A DNA stretch of 53,857 nt, taken from Firmicutes bacterium UBA3576 (lineage in GTDB: Bacteria > Bacillota > Sulfobacillia > UBA3569). The position numbers and the translations under genes are program-made. The stretch is taken from contig DFND01000019.1 of the NCBI GenBank assembly GCA_002375895.1, forward strand, positions 506 through 54,362. The letters run 5' to 3'. Positions 38,183-47,603 of the stretch are shown in pieces. Position 1 is the stretch's first letter, and each line of letters starts with the position of its first letter. The notes below the pieces were generated by a model, which saw only the letters and a list, made by a program, of their open reading frames with translations, searched no databases and was not told where the DNA came from.

Positions 38183-38967
38183 GCGAAAACCTCCTTCATC
38201 AGCGCCTCCACGGACTTGCCGCGCTTTCGGCGCAGGTCTTCGGCCTCCTCGTCCAGGACGACCCGGCCCTCCTGGAGCAAGACCACTCGGTCGAACACGG
38301 TCTCCACCTCCGCCACCTCGTGGGTGGAGAGGATGATCGTCTGGTCGCCGGCACGGTATTCGCCGATGATGGTCTCCAGGATGCGGGCACGAGAGGGGAG
38401 ATCGAGGCCCGCCAAGGGTTCATCGAGCAGCACGAGGTCCGCCGCGCGAGCCATGGCCAGTATAAGGCGCAACCTGCCCCTCATTCCCTTGGACAGAGAG
38501 CCGACCCTCGCTGAGCGGTCAAGCCCCATGAAGTCGAGCAGTTCCCGGGCCTTTACGGCGTCCCAGTCGTCGTAAAAGCGGCTCACGAAGTCCAGCATTC
38601 CACCCACCGACATCCAATCGTAGAGATGGTCCTCCTCGGGGACGTAGGCCGTGATGGCTCGCGTGGCTCCCGACGGTGGCACGCCCCCAATGAGAACCCG
38701 TCCTTCCTCTGGGTGGTAAAGCCCGACTAGGGTCTTGAGGAGCGTAGACTTGCCGCTGCCGTTAGGGCCTAGCAGCCCGAGTACGCTGCCGCGGTCCACG
38801 GAGAGACTCACACCGCGGAGAGCGGTCGTGGAGCCGAACCTCTTCAAGACGCCCTCTAGCTTCACCAGCGGAAGGTCTTCCAGTGCGTTCACCGCCGGCG
38901 GGGCGCCCTCGGCCTGGTCAGTCACTTCACGGCCCAGGGGTTTCCTCTCCCTCGGCTCCGTGGTCAT
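38179..38967 (-). CDS. ABC transporter ATP-binding protein (YtrB-like)
   Basis: GPNGSGKST, LSKGM, LLDEP, STH. Confidence 0.95.
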   Translation of the reverse strand: MTTEPRERKPLGREVTDQAEGAPPAVNALEDLPLVKLEGVLKRFGSTTALRGVSLSVDRGSVLGLLGPNGSGKSTLLKTLVGLYHPEEGRVLIGGVPPSGATRAITAYVPEEDHLYDWMSVGGMLDFVSRFYDDWDAVKARELLDFMGLDRSARVGSLSKGMRGRLRLILAMARAADLVLLDEPLAGLDLPSRARILETIIGEYRAGDQTIILSTHEVAEVETVFDRVVLLQEGRVVLDEEAEDLRRKRGKSVEALMKEVFA

Positions 38968-39352
38968 CTCTTATCCTCCTTTCTGACTCCAGCCGCGACC
39001 GCAGGAGCTCCATCATCTCCTCTCGCTCCAGGCCCAGGGCCTCGAGCTCGTCGACGAAGGCGGTCACGGCCTCCTCTGCCAGTCTGCGCCTGATGCCCTC
39101 GAGAAGCGAGCGGTCCCGGGTAATGAAAGTCCCCCACCCGCGCGCGGTCTCCAGGAGGCCCTCCCGCTCCATCTCGCGGTAGGCCCGCTGTACCGTGTTG
39201 GGGTTGACCCTCAAGGTGAGGGCCATGTCGCGCTGTGACGGCACCTTGTCGCCCGGGCGCAGTTCGCCGCGAGCCACGGCGCGGCACAACCCGTCCATGA
39301 TCTGTTGGTAGATTGGTTTGGCCGCGTCGAAGTCGATCTTCACGCCCCGCAT
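38927..39352 (-). CDS. GntR family regulator, YtrA subfamily
   Basis: PIYQQI..GELRPGDKVPSQR..VNPNTVQRAYREM..RGWGTF. Confidence 0.9.
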   Translation of the reverse strand: MRGVKIDFDAAKPIYQQIMDGLCRAVARGELRPGDKVPSQRDMALTLRVNPNTVQRAYREMEREGLLETARGWGTFITRDRSLLEGIRRRLAEEAVTAFVDELEALGLEREEMMELLRSRLESERRIRDDHGAEGEETPGP

Positions 39353-39374
39353 AGCGCCCTCCCCTTATCACTGC

Positions 39375-39437
39375 TGCACTAGTGCACTAGTCTCTTAGTG
39401 CACTAGTATTATATCACCGCTCTGCAGCTCCAGTCAA
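39375..39437 (-). promoter_or_regulatory. sigmaA promoter with YtrA-type operator
   Basis: TTGACT-N18-TATAAT (extended TG), followed by three TGCACTAG units that form GTGCACTA-N6-TAGTGCAC. Confidence 0.75.
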
Positions 39438-39765
39438 GGGGGATGCGGGGTGTACCGTCCTCTATCGTCTCGGCAAGGAGGGGAGGGTCCTTCGGGTTGA
39501 GAGGGCCGCTCCCGGTGCCTCTTCGGGCGGGGGCGTAAGGGTAGTGCCCCGCGGTCCGCCTTGAGGCGACAGGTTAAGAAAGACAATGTGATAAGATTAA
39601 CAATCCGAAAGGGAGTTCATGAGGGTTTGTGGAAGATTAACTATAGCGGCGAAGAGGGATAATGACACGGACGGTACAACACGCGCCAGCAGAGTGCTAG
39701 GTCGGTGCCTCGGCGTGGTTAACTGACCCGTTGAGGCAGAGACCAGTGGCTTCAAGGGAGGAGGG

Positions 39766-39993
39766 ATGACCGTGCCCTTCAGGAGCATAGGGGTTCCCGA
39801 GCTCATTCTGATCCTGATCCTGGCCCTGATTATCTTTGGGCCCAGGAAGCTGCCTGAGATAGGCAAGGCGCTCGGGAACGGCATCCGCGAGTTCAGAAAC
39901 GCGACCAGGAAGCTGTCCGCGGAGCTCGCCGATGAGGACTCGAAGAAGGACCAGGCGACCAAGCAGGTGGATGCGAAGAAAAAGGATGAGTAG
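39766..39993 (+). CDS. tatA: Twin-arginine translocase TatA
   Basis: [37 protein letters not shown]. Confidence 0.95.
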   Translation: MTVPFRSIGVPELILILILALIIFGPRKLPEIGKALGNGIREFRNATRKLSAELADEDSKKDQATKQVDAKKKDE

Positions 39994-40032
39994 ACGGGAC
40001 ATTCCCCGGGGGGAGCTGCACGGTCGGGGAGG

Positions 40033-40785
40033 GTGACGGCGCGCGTGGACAAGGGCAACCGTGATGCGGAGATGAGCATTTACGAGCATCTAGAGGAACT
40101 CCGGCGGCGCCTCATCTGGGCTGCCGTCGCCCTCTTTACAGCCGTGGTGGTTTCCTTCTCCTTCGCCGACGACGCCCTGGAGATACTCACCAGGCCGGTG
40201 GGCAATCTGGTCATGATGAGGCCCTCTGAGGGATTCTTCGTCCACGTGAGGTTGTCCCTCTGGATGGGCCTGATCTTGTCCTCGCCGATGATCCTTTATC
40301 AGTTAGTGGCCTTTGTGACCCCGGGCCTCACCCGCCTGGAGAGGAGGATCCTCTATGTCTTTCTCCCCGCCGGGCTCCTGTTCTTCGCCGCCGGGGCCGC
40401 CTTCGGCTTCTTCGTCATCGTTCCCTTCGTCTACCGCTTCTTCTTGGGGTTTACCTCTGAGAGCCTGAGGCCCTTCATCTCCGTCGACAGCTACGTTTCC
40501 TTCGTGACCGGCCTGGTGATCCCCTTTGGGATGATCTTCGAGCTCCCCTTAGTGGTAGTAGTGCTGACCTTCTTAGGCATCATCACGCCGCGGTTTTTAA
40601 TTCGGAATAGGAAATATGCGCTGTTGATAGTGGTGGTTATCGCCGCCTTCCTGACCCCCCCCGACGTGATCTCCCAGATCATGATGGCGGTGCCGCTCAT
40701 GGGCCTCTTTGAGCTCAGCATCCTGCTGTCGCGCATCGTCTACCGCCGGCGAGGGCAGGCCGAAGAGGAGCCTGGGGACCTCTGA
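40033..40785 (+). CDS. tatC: Twin-arginine translocase TatC
   Basis: EHLEELRRRL, FVTPGL, FELP, AAFLTPPD. Confidence 0.95.
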   Translation: MTARVDKGNRDAEMSIYEHLEELRRRLIWAAVALFTAVVVSFSFADDALEILTRPVGNLVMMRPSEGFFVHVRLSLWMGLILSSPMILYQLVAFVTPGLTRLERRILYVFLPAGLLFFAAGAAFGFFVIVPFVYRFFLGFTSESLRPFISVDSYVSFVTGLVIPFGMIFELPLVVVVLTFLGIITPRFLIRNRKYALLIVVVIAAFLTPPDVISQIMMAVPLMGLFELSILLSRIVYRRRGQAEEEPGDL

Positions 40786-40903
40786 AGACGTCGGCTGCCG
40801 GCCATAGGGGTCTAATCCCCAGTGGTCTCCACGAGCCGGAGTGTCCGACCGCTGAATCAAATTGCCCCGCGCACGGTTTATCGTCATTGGGCGACTAATT
40901 CGC

Positions 40904-40932
40904 TTGACGAAAGCTCGTGGTCAAGTTATCAT
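40904..40932 (+). promoter_or_regulatory. sigmaA promoter of the tRNA
   Basis: TTGACG-N17-TATCAT. Confidence 0.7.
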
Positions 40933-40943
40933 GATGTCGTAGA

Positions 40944-41028
<85 letters not shown>

Positions 41029-41065
41029 ACGAGTTATATCAAGGGTTTACGAAGCGGTGCCCGAA

Positions 41066-41095
41066 CCCTTCGCCGAGCCGGCGAAGGGCTTCTTC
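41066..41095 (+). terminator. Terminator downstream of the tRNA
   Basis: CCCTTCGCCG-agc-CGGCGAAGGG then CTTCTT. Confidence 0.6.
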
Positions 41096-41409
41096 CAGAA
41101 GGACGGGTACGGCGGCGAGGCTCGCTGGTAGGCCGGTGGGCCGCAGTCAGGAGCCTGATGGGCCTCGCCCAGGTGAATTACGAATTCCGAGGGTGTGACG
41201 ATGGGCACGCCCTTTCTCGTATTGAGCTCTCAAGACGCTCTTGCACTCACGCCCGCCTGACCTGTAGGATTCGACGTCTTCCAACTTCCAACCGAGTCTA
41301 TGCCTCATACAACCCCGCAGGTGAGTTTTCCAGGCCGGCTAAGATGAGCAGCTCAGAGGCTGTCTAACATAATCAGAGAGCAACAAGAATCTGGACGTGG
41401 CCGACTGCG

Positions 41410-42210
41410 ATGATCAAGGTCAGAGAGTATGAAGGCGTAAAGATAATAAGGATGGGGAGGACCATCGCCGGCAAGGTATTGTATCCGGTCCACTGCTTTT
41501 ATTACCAAGGGACACTAATTGATACCGGATGCTATTCTTGTCAACGCGAATTCTCACAGCTGATGGGAGAATACCCTGTTGAGAGAGTGGTCTTGACCCA
41601 CGCTCATGAGGATCATTGCGGTAACGTGTGGTTCTTTAATCGAAAGAACATCCCAGTCTACATGGACGCCGAGGGCATACCCTATGTGAGGGCGCCTCAG
41701 AGGCTGAAGATGGAACTATACCGCAAAATCACCTGGGCTACACCGCCCGCCGGGGAAGTGGAAGCGCTGCTGGGAGAGGTTCTCTTGGGGGACATCCACC
41801 TGAAGGCGATATCTACCCCGGGCCACAGCCCAGAACACCTCTGTTTTTTCGAACCGGACAGGAGATATCTGTTCGCCGGGGATTTATTCTTAGGCAGCAG
41901 GCAGAGGCTCCTGATGCGCGGAGAGAGATTTTGGGAGAGCTTAAAGTCACTAAAGACAGTTCTTGCCCTAAAACCAGATGTGCTCTTTTGCAGTTTCAAT
42001 GGAGCCTTGGAGGGAGCAGCGGAAAAGCTGCAGGAGAAGATACTGTACTGGGAAGAGACCGCCGAGAAGGTCCTGCGTTTGTCCGAAGAGGGTCTCACCC
42101 CCGAGGAGATAGATCGAAGGCTCTTCACCGGGAGGTCGTTGATTTCCATCGTCTCAGGAGGCTCTTTTTCAACTCTAAACCTAATCAACTCAATCCTCAC
42201 CAGGGACTAG
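41410..42210 (+). CDS. MBL-fold metallo-hydrolase
   Basis: THAHEDH, TPGHSPEH, AGDLF; visibly more AT-rich than the core genes. Confidence 0.85.
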   Translation: MIKVREYEGVKIIRMGRTIAGKVLYPVHCFYYQGTLIDTGCYSCQREFSQLMGEYPVERVVLTHAHEDHCGNVWFFNRKNIPVYMDAEGIPYVRAPQRLKMELYRKITWATPPAGEVEALLGEVLLGDIHLKAISTPGHSPEHLCFFEPDRRYLFAGDLFLGSRQRLLMRGERFWESLKSLKTVLALKPDVLFCSFNGALEGAAEKLQEKILYWEETAEKVLRLSEEGLTPEEIDRRLFTGRSLISIVSGGSFSTLNLINSILTRD

Positions 42211-42257
42211 TTCTCAAAAGCCCCAGGGCGCTCGCCGGGGTGGAAAACCCCCGGCGG

Positions 42258-43379
42258 CTATCCGCACCATACAGCGTAGACATCTACCTCCTCATTGGGT
42301 TCGCTGAGCCTCCGGAAGAAGCTCTCCGCCTGGCGCTTCCCCCTCTGCGCCGTCCCGGCGCTCCTGATGGTAGTAATCCTCCAACCGCTGTCCTTGAAGG
42401 ATGCCCTTATGAGCTCGTGAGCGTCGACTTTCCTGTCGTTGATACTCCCGAACCTGGTCACCAGAGTCGCTTTGGGAGCACATAGTTCTCCGACGTTGCG
42501 CCACACCCTATTCAATTGACCGACGAAGGCCTCTGGGCTTGAGTGGGCCATCTGTCCTTCCGTCGAGTAGTCGACCTTTGGGGGCCCGCCTAAGAACCAA
42601 TTTCGCAACCACTGATCGGGGATGTAGGTCCTCAGTCCATAGTAAGGGGGCGAGGTAACGACTCTGGAGAAACCCGCCCGGTGCCCTGCGAGGACCGCCT
42701 TGAGCTTCGAGAAAAGCTCCTCCTCGCGGCTGTCCCCTAAGAATACATAACCGGGTGTGCGGGGCACGGGGGCGCCGTAGTACCTTTGCGCCCGCCTTTC
42801 GATGACCTTCAGGACATCTACTCTCCTGGGAAAGAGGCCGTGCCTTCGCCAGTAACGCACCGAATAGTCTGGTTTCGGCGCATAGGTCCTGGGCGCCTGA
42901 TTCGAGAGGTATGAGGGGGACTTGGTCCTCGGGCCGTGCAGAGCCCCCAACAGGATTGCCCGCAAGGCTACCCTCGCCTCCGATTCGGAATCCCGGAGCA
43001 GCCCCTCCCGTAGGCGGCAGAGGTCCTTGAGCACGCTTTCATGGTAGGCGAGCTCCCAGAACTCCCCCCTTGGGACCTCTGCGGGTTCGCCGACCTCATG
43101 GAGGATCTGTTCTGCGGCGGACATGATCTCTTCGACGGTCGGGCTCACCATCTTGGCCCGGGACAACGCCACGGCAATGGGGCTGCTGTCGATGCCCACC
43201 GAAGGCAAGCCCAGCAGTCTGGCGGCGAAATTGGTCGTCCCCCTGCCGCAAAAGGGGTCCAGCACCCATTCCGACTCCTGAGCGTGTCTGCGCAGGTACC
43301 CGAGGGGGAATTCCAGGGGGAACATGGTGAAATAGGCGCAGATGGCATTGAGATTGGTGCTGTACTTCCTCGACGCCAT
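42258..43379 (-). CDS. Amino DNA methyltransferase, probably N4-cytosine
   Basis: Motif I VLDPFCGRGTT precedes motif IV VTSPPYY. Confidence 0.85.
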   Translation of the reverse strand: MASRKYSTNLNAICAYFTMFPLEFPLGYLRRHAQESEWVLDPFCGRGTTNFAARLLGLPSVGIDSSPIAVALSRAKMVSPTVEEIMSAAEQILHEVGEPAEVPRGEFWELAYHESVLKDLCRLREGLLRDSESEARVALRAILLGALHGPRTKSPSYLSNQAPRTYAPKPDYSVRYWRRHGLFPRRVDVLKVIERRAQRYYGAPVPRTPGYVFLGDSREEELFSKLKAVLAGHRAGFSRVVTSPPYYGLRTYIPDQWLRNWFLGGPPKVDYSTEGQMAHSSPEAFVGQLNRVWRNVGELCAPKATLVTRFGSINDRKVDAHELIRASFKDSGWRITTIRSAGTAQRGKRQAESFFRRLSEPNEEVDVYAVWCG

Positions 43380-43382
43380 CTC

Positions 43383-45518
43383 TCAGCCCACCTTCTCGTC
43401 CCCAGGTCTCGGGCCGGTCTTCACCCACGTCGCCCCGGTCGGGGCCCTGAAGGAGTGCCAGGCCTTGTCCTGTTCCCCGAAGATCTGATCGAGGGCCTTG
43501 GGGACGAGGTGATATGCGACCTCGTCTCGGTCATCGAGGGTCGCCGGCAAGTACTCCCTGAGCTTCGCCTTGAGGCCGCCGTAAGGATAGCCGTCACCCC
43601 GAATGCGCTCCAGGATCTCGGTGTCCTCTTTGAGCCTGCGAATGGCCTTTTGCTCGTACGCCTCAAGCGCGTCGGGCTGCTGTTCCCTCTCCCGATAATC
43701 ACCGCTTTCCCCCAGGCCTGCATCCTCGCTGGCCTCTCTCAAGGCGGCCTCAAATTCCCGTTTAAGCTCCTGGGCATAGGTCTCTACTGCCGGCCTTTCG
43801 TACTCCGGGTCGAGCACCTCATAGCGGGACTCGAAGGACAGGGCACGGAAGGGCACGGGATATGAGCGCCCCCCGGCGGAGCTCCAGAATACGCCCTGTC
43901 CGGGTATCGGTTCATTTAGGATCGCACTTAGGATGTCTTGGCTGAAATGGGCGTTGGCCTTCTTCACGTTGTTCAGGTCCACGGAGGAGAGGAGGTGAAA
44001 GATGAACCAGTTGTCGCCCTGGCTCAGGATCTCAGAGGGGATGCTGCCGGGCTGCTGCGTGATCAACAGAGCGCCGAGGTCGTACTTTCTCCCCTCCTTC
44101 ACCCAGGTGATATATGGCTCTGCCCCCGTCGCGTGGGGGTTGAGGACCGTCTGTGCTTCCTCGACCACCGCAATGGTCGGGATGGTCCTGGGCTCGGCGG
44201 CCGTGAACTCCTCCTGGTTTCGGTCAAATATCCGGCGTAGGATCAGGCCCGTTAGGACCAAGGCCTGCCCCTCTCTAAGCTGAGATATATCCACAACGCA
44301 TAATTTCCCCCGAGACAGGGCCTTGAGAAGCATATCCATCATCTGGCTGTGCCGGTCGTGCAGCATTCGGACGATAGTGGTCATGTTGGCTCTCGCGGCC
44401 AAGGCCTCTACCTCTTGTCGGCCCTCAGTATCCAGGCTCAACAGCCGGGAGATCTCTCCGAGGTCAGCGTTGTTCCCGTGTTCCTCGATGAGATTCACTA
44501 ACCGGTGCCAGCGATTTTGGTCGAGCCCCCGCAGCTTTCTCACGTTCTGTTGCTCCTGCTTCTCGGGCGACAGGGCGATGGAGATCACGTCAGCTGGCCT
44601 AAGCCGACGGATATCGAGCTTTATGTCGCCGGCCACAAAGGACTGGTAGAAGCCGCTCGGGGCCTGGCGGGAGGTGAATACGACTATCTTGTCCCGGAGG
44701 TGGGGCACATCGCACAACCCCGGACGGTTCTTGTCATCCGGCCAGAAGTACTCGCCCTCGGGGTCGAATAAGAGGGTTCCCACCGGGACCTGCTTTCCCC
44801 CGCGCTTCTCCACACAAGGGGTCTCCCTGTACAATTCGCTGAAGAGAAGCTTGTTCAGGTTCGACTTCCCAAATCCCGCCCGGGCGAACACGAAGGACCG
44901 CCTGGCAACCAGGTTCTCCACCGCGAACTTGACGGTGGTCTCCGGGCTTATCACTTGCATCCACGGCTCGGGCTTCAGCTGGGGGTTAGTTCCGGCGTAG
45001 ATATACTCGCCGAGGGCGAAGAAGCCGATGGCCACGCCCTCGTCGTTATGGCCGGCGAGCTCTCGCAAGACCTCGTCAGAGGGGAAGGCCACCGGGCTCC
45101 CCACATGCGGCAGCCGTCTCTGCGACGGCACGAAGACGATCTCCCCGGCGTCCTTCCGGCGAAGAACGCCCAGCACGCGGATGTTCACCCGATAGCGCAG
45201 GTACTGTTCCCTCAAGTCCTCCGGCACGGGCCGTTCGTCCCTCACCGCCCGGATACTGAACTCCTCGCCGACGCCCGATGCCAGTCGCCCCTCTGAGGCG
45301 AAGGAGGTGATCCTTCCCAGCACCGCTTCGTCGGGCGTCTCCAGCTGTACGAGCAGGAACTGGCCGTGCATGGGTATGTTCTGAAACTCGTTGCGGTAGG
45401 GCAGGACCAAGTCGGCGTGGAACTCCAACCCGCCCTCGGTGAAGCCGCGGAACACTCCGACGATCTGGTCTCTGGGGAAAAGGGTACCAACGGGCAAGGT
45501 CTCGCACCCCCTGTTCAA
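43383..45518 (-). CDS. HerA/DUF87-family ATPase
   Basis: Walker A ARAGFGKS, FDPEGEY, Walker B VVEEAQ, EGRKY, ITQQP; N-terminal barrel-like domain. Confidence 0.85.
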   Translation of the reverse strand: MNRGCETLPVGTLFPRDQIVGVFRGFTEGGLEFHADLVLPYRNEFQNIPMHGQFLLVQLETPDEAVLGRITSFASEGRLASGVGEEFSIRAVRDERPVPEDLREQYLRYRVNIRVLGVLRRKDAGEIVFVPSQRRLPHVGSPVAFPSDEVLRELAGHNDEGVAIGFFALGEYIYAGTNPQLKPEPWMQVISPETTVKFAVENLVARRSFVFARAGFGKSNLNKLLFSELYRETPCVEKRGGKQVPVGTLLFDPEGEYFWPDDKNRPGLCDVPHLRDKIVVFTSRQAPSGFYQSFVAGDIKLDIRRLRPADVISIALSPEKQEQQNVRKLRGLDQNRWHRLVNLIEEHGNNADLGEISRLLSLDTEGRQEVEALAARANMTTIVRMLHDRHSQMMDMLLKALSRGKLCVVDISQLREGQALVLTGLILRRIFDRNQEEFTAAEPRTIPTIAVVEEAQTVLNPHATGAEPYITWVKEGRKYDLGALLITQQPGSIPSEILSQGDNWFIFHLLSSVDLNNVKKANAHFSQDILSAILNEPIPGQGVFWSSAGGRSYPVPFRALSFESRYEVLDPEYERPAVETYAQELKREFEAALREASEDAGLGESGDYREREQQPDALEAYEQKAIRRLKEDTEILERIRGDGYPYGGLKAKLREYLPATLDDRDEVAYHLVPKALDQIFGEQDKAWHSFRAPTGATWVKTGPRPGDEKVG

Positions 45519-46657
45519 TATCTCTTGCTCGCCGGGTCGCCCTCTTGGAGGCGGAAGGCATCCAGCGCGAGGCCCTCCGGGCCTAAAGATGAGCGTAGCC
45601 CCTCGAAGACCATGTCCTGTAAGACTTCGGCGTCGAAATCCACGAGGGCCGCGAACTCATGGGCCCTTTGCAGGCACAGCGGGTAGAAGGGGACGGGAAA
45701 CCCGTTCAGGGCATCGGCCAACATGTAACCCAGCAGGATCGGTGCCTCATCTATCTGACTGATGAGGACGTCTACCGGCCATATCGGGTCGGTCGGCCGG
45801 TCCCCGAACTTGACGAAGAACATCTTGCCGGCTACGAACCGGTTCCCCTCGCTTCCCTCAACCACCCGGTCATCGCCGCGGGCATACTCAGACCATCTAT
45901 AGGACTCCTCCTCGAGTTCTCGTGGCACTTCCACGTAACACGGGTAACTGCACCCGAGGACCTTCTCCAAGGTCATGGCCAAGCGATACCTCGCGAGGAC
46001 CTTGCTGTACTTGGCGAGGCCGGCGATGTAGATGCGACGGTTGTTTTTGACCCGTTGTCGCTCAATAGCCTCCTCCAGGGCCTCGCGGTACCTTATGAAC
46101 AGGTAGCCGGCGAAAACCTTGCTGCGCAGCAGTCCATCGTAGATTATGAGCGTATCGGTCCCGAAGTCCTTCTTGCGAACAAGGGCGAGAAGAATAGCCC
46201 ATTCGACTAGTTCTCTGTACACCTGAACCCAGCTCGGGCTCGTGAAATTCCCGTCGCCGTCCAGCCTAATCATATGGCTGAGCTCAGGCAGCTCTCTCAC
46301 TCCGAGGCACGCCATCATCTCCCCCAGCGCGGTTTTCGGTTTGCCCGAGGGATCGAACTGCCTCTCCGTTATCTCATCGACCGTGGCAGTTGGGCTGATG
46401 ACTTCGAGGCAGTATTCGTTGTTGCTGGAGTCGACAACCCTGACCAATTGGATGAGGAAGGGGTCGAACCTGAGCCGTAGGTACCCGCCATCCGTCGCCA
46501 CGAGCGACAAAGCGGTGGTATTCCTCGGTTGTATCCTTCGGACCTCGGAGCGAAGTGGTCGCACCTGTTCCCGGAGGGTATCCAAGACCCTCTTGTCGAT
46601 CTGCATTCGCCGACGTACCTGCTTCTTCAGGGCCTCGTAACTCTCGGGGCTCAGCAC
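45515..46657 (-). CDS. NurA-domain nuclease
   Basis: VATDGG, IIYDGLL, GLAK, YPLCLQRAHE motifs; 4-bp overlap with herA. Confidence 0.75.
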   Translation of the reverse strand: MLSPESYEALKKQVRRRMQIDKRVLDTLREQVRPLRSEVRRIQPRNTTALSLVATDGGYLRLRFDPFLIQLVRVVDSSNNEYCLEVISPTATVDEITERQFDPSGKPKTALGEMMACLGVRELPELSHMIRLDGDGNFTSPSWVQVYRELVEWAILLALVRKKDFGTDTLIIYDGLLRSKVFAGYLFIRYREALEEAIERQRVKNNRRIYIAGLAKYSKVLARYRLAMTLEKVLGCSYPCYVEVPRELEEESYRWSEYARGDDRVVEGSEGNRFVAGKMFFVKFGDRPTDPIWPVDVLISQIDEAPILLGYMLADALNGFPVPFYPLCLQRAHEFAALVDFDAEVLQDMVFEGLRSSLGPEGLALDAFRLQEGDPASKRY

Positions 46658-46734
46658 CTATCTCTCCCCCCCATGCTCACCTGTACCATCATGTCCCCGC
46701 TCTCAGCGCCGCCTCCCCGGGGCCTCATGAAGAG

Positions 46735-46765
46735 AAAAAGGCCCCTCAGATGTACCTCGGGGGCC
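46735..46765 (-). terminator. Terminator-like hairpin upstream of nurA
   Basis: GGCCCC..GGGGCC stem followed by TTTTT on the minus strand. Confidence 0.5.
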
Positions 46766-47037
46766 CGCGGATAACCCTCGCCCAGCAACAAGTGCCGGTG
46801 CTATGCCCTCCTTCTTTCCTGCGCGATCACAGGATGTAAGTCCGGCATCCGGCCGGCGATTGAGGTCCAAGGCGCACACCCCTCATTTGGGAAGATATCC
46901 TATGGGAAATATTATCATAACATTACCGCCTGCCGAAAGGTCCGCTCGGGAAAAAGAGAGCCCAGCGGCCGGGACTCCCCGTTGAGCCGAGGCCGAGGGC
47001 CCACTCGGCGTAGGGGAAGCGGATCGCTCACTGATGG

Positions 47038-47427
47038 TTACCTCGTGACCGGGAACTCCCAACCTTCTGCGAAATGCCGCTCTCCGTGGTAGCTGAAGTC
47101 GACGCCCTCCTTCAGGTAGATACGCCGGACCCTGTGCTCTGCGCACAGCTTTCCTATGTCGGGCCAGTGACCCACACAGGCCCTGGTCTTGTCCCAGTCG
47201 GTGGCTATGAGGGCGTAGACCTTGCCCTCCTCTATCAGTTGCTCCACGGTGGGGAGGGGGGATAGCCCCTTGGCGCGCATGTACCACATGCTGACCCTTA
47301 TGCCGTATTCGAGGGCGAAGTCGCGGAGCCTGAGACGCTGTCTCTCCAGAACGGGCCGGGCTCGCTTGGCCGGTAGCCTCGCCTGCATGTAGGCTATCAC
47401 CAGGCCGGGCGGCCTTCTCCTTTTCAC
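47038..47427 (-). CDS. Resolvase-fold (serine recombinase catalytic-like) protein lacking the catalytic Ser
   Basis: IAY..LERQ..L.DFA.EYG..Y..LIEEGKV.ALIA..WDK..YLKEGVDF pattern; YMQARL replaces YxRxS; GAGGAGG RBS. Confidence 0.55.
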   Translation of the reverse strand: MKRRRPPGLVIAYMQARLPAKRARPVLERQRLRLRDFALEYGIRVSMWYMRAKGLSPLPTVEQLIEEGKVYALIATDWDKTRACVGHWPDIGKLCAEHRVRRIYLKEGVDFSYHGERHFAEGWEFPVTR

Positions 47428-47479
47428 CTCGCTGCCTCCTCATAGGCCATAGGAACTCTCGTCGCCGGTCTGTCGCGGG

Positions 47480-47493
47480 GGAACCTATGTTCT
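47480..47493. promoter_or_regulatory. LexA/DinR SOS box candidate
   Basis: GAAC-N4-GTTC (AGAACATAGGTTCC on the minus strand), about 53 bp upstream of the resolvase-like gene. Confidence 0.55.
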
Positions 47494-47603
47494 GATGTGC
47501 TCTGGGGCGGGGATGGGGCATTGACCGACGGTATCGATGGTCCTGCCCGCCAGGGGAGGGCGAGCAAGACCACCGTGCCGTCTACCTGCCTACGCTGCAT
47601 CCT

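Noticed and set aside
39606-39750. yybP-ykoY riboswitch upstream of tatA
   Set aside because: AGGGAGT and GAGACC are present but P1 cannot pair; kept only as an unassigned structure
46770-46815. IAPALVAG as an Fst/Ldr-like type I toxin
   Set aside because: No start codon after the RBS-like sequence and no hydrophobic helix
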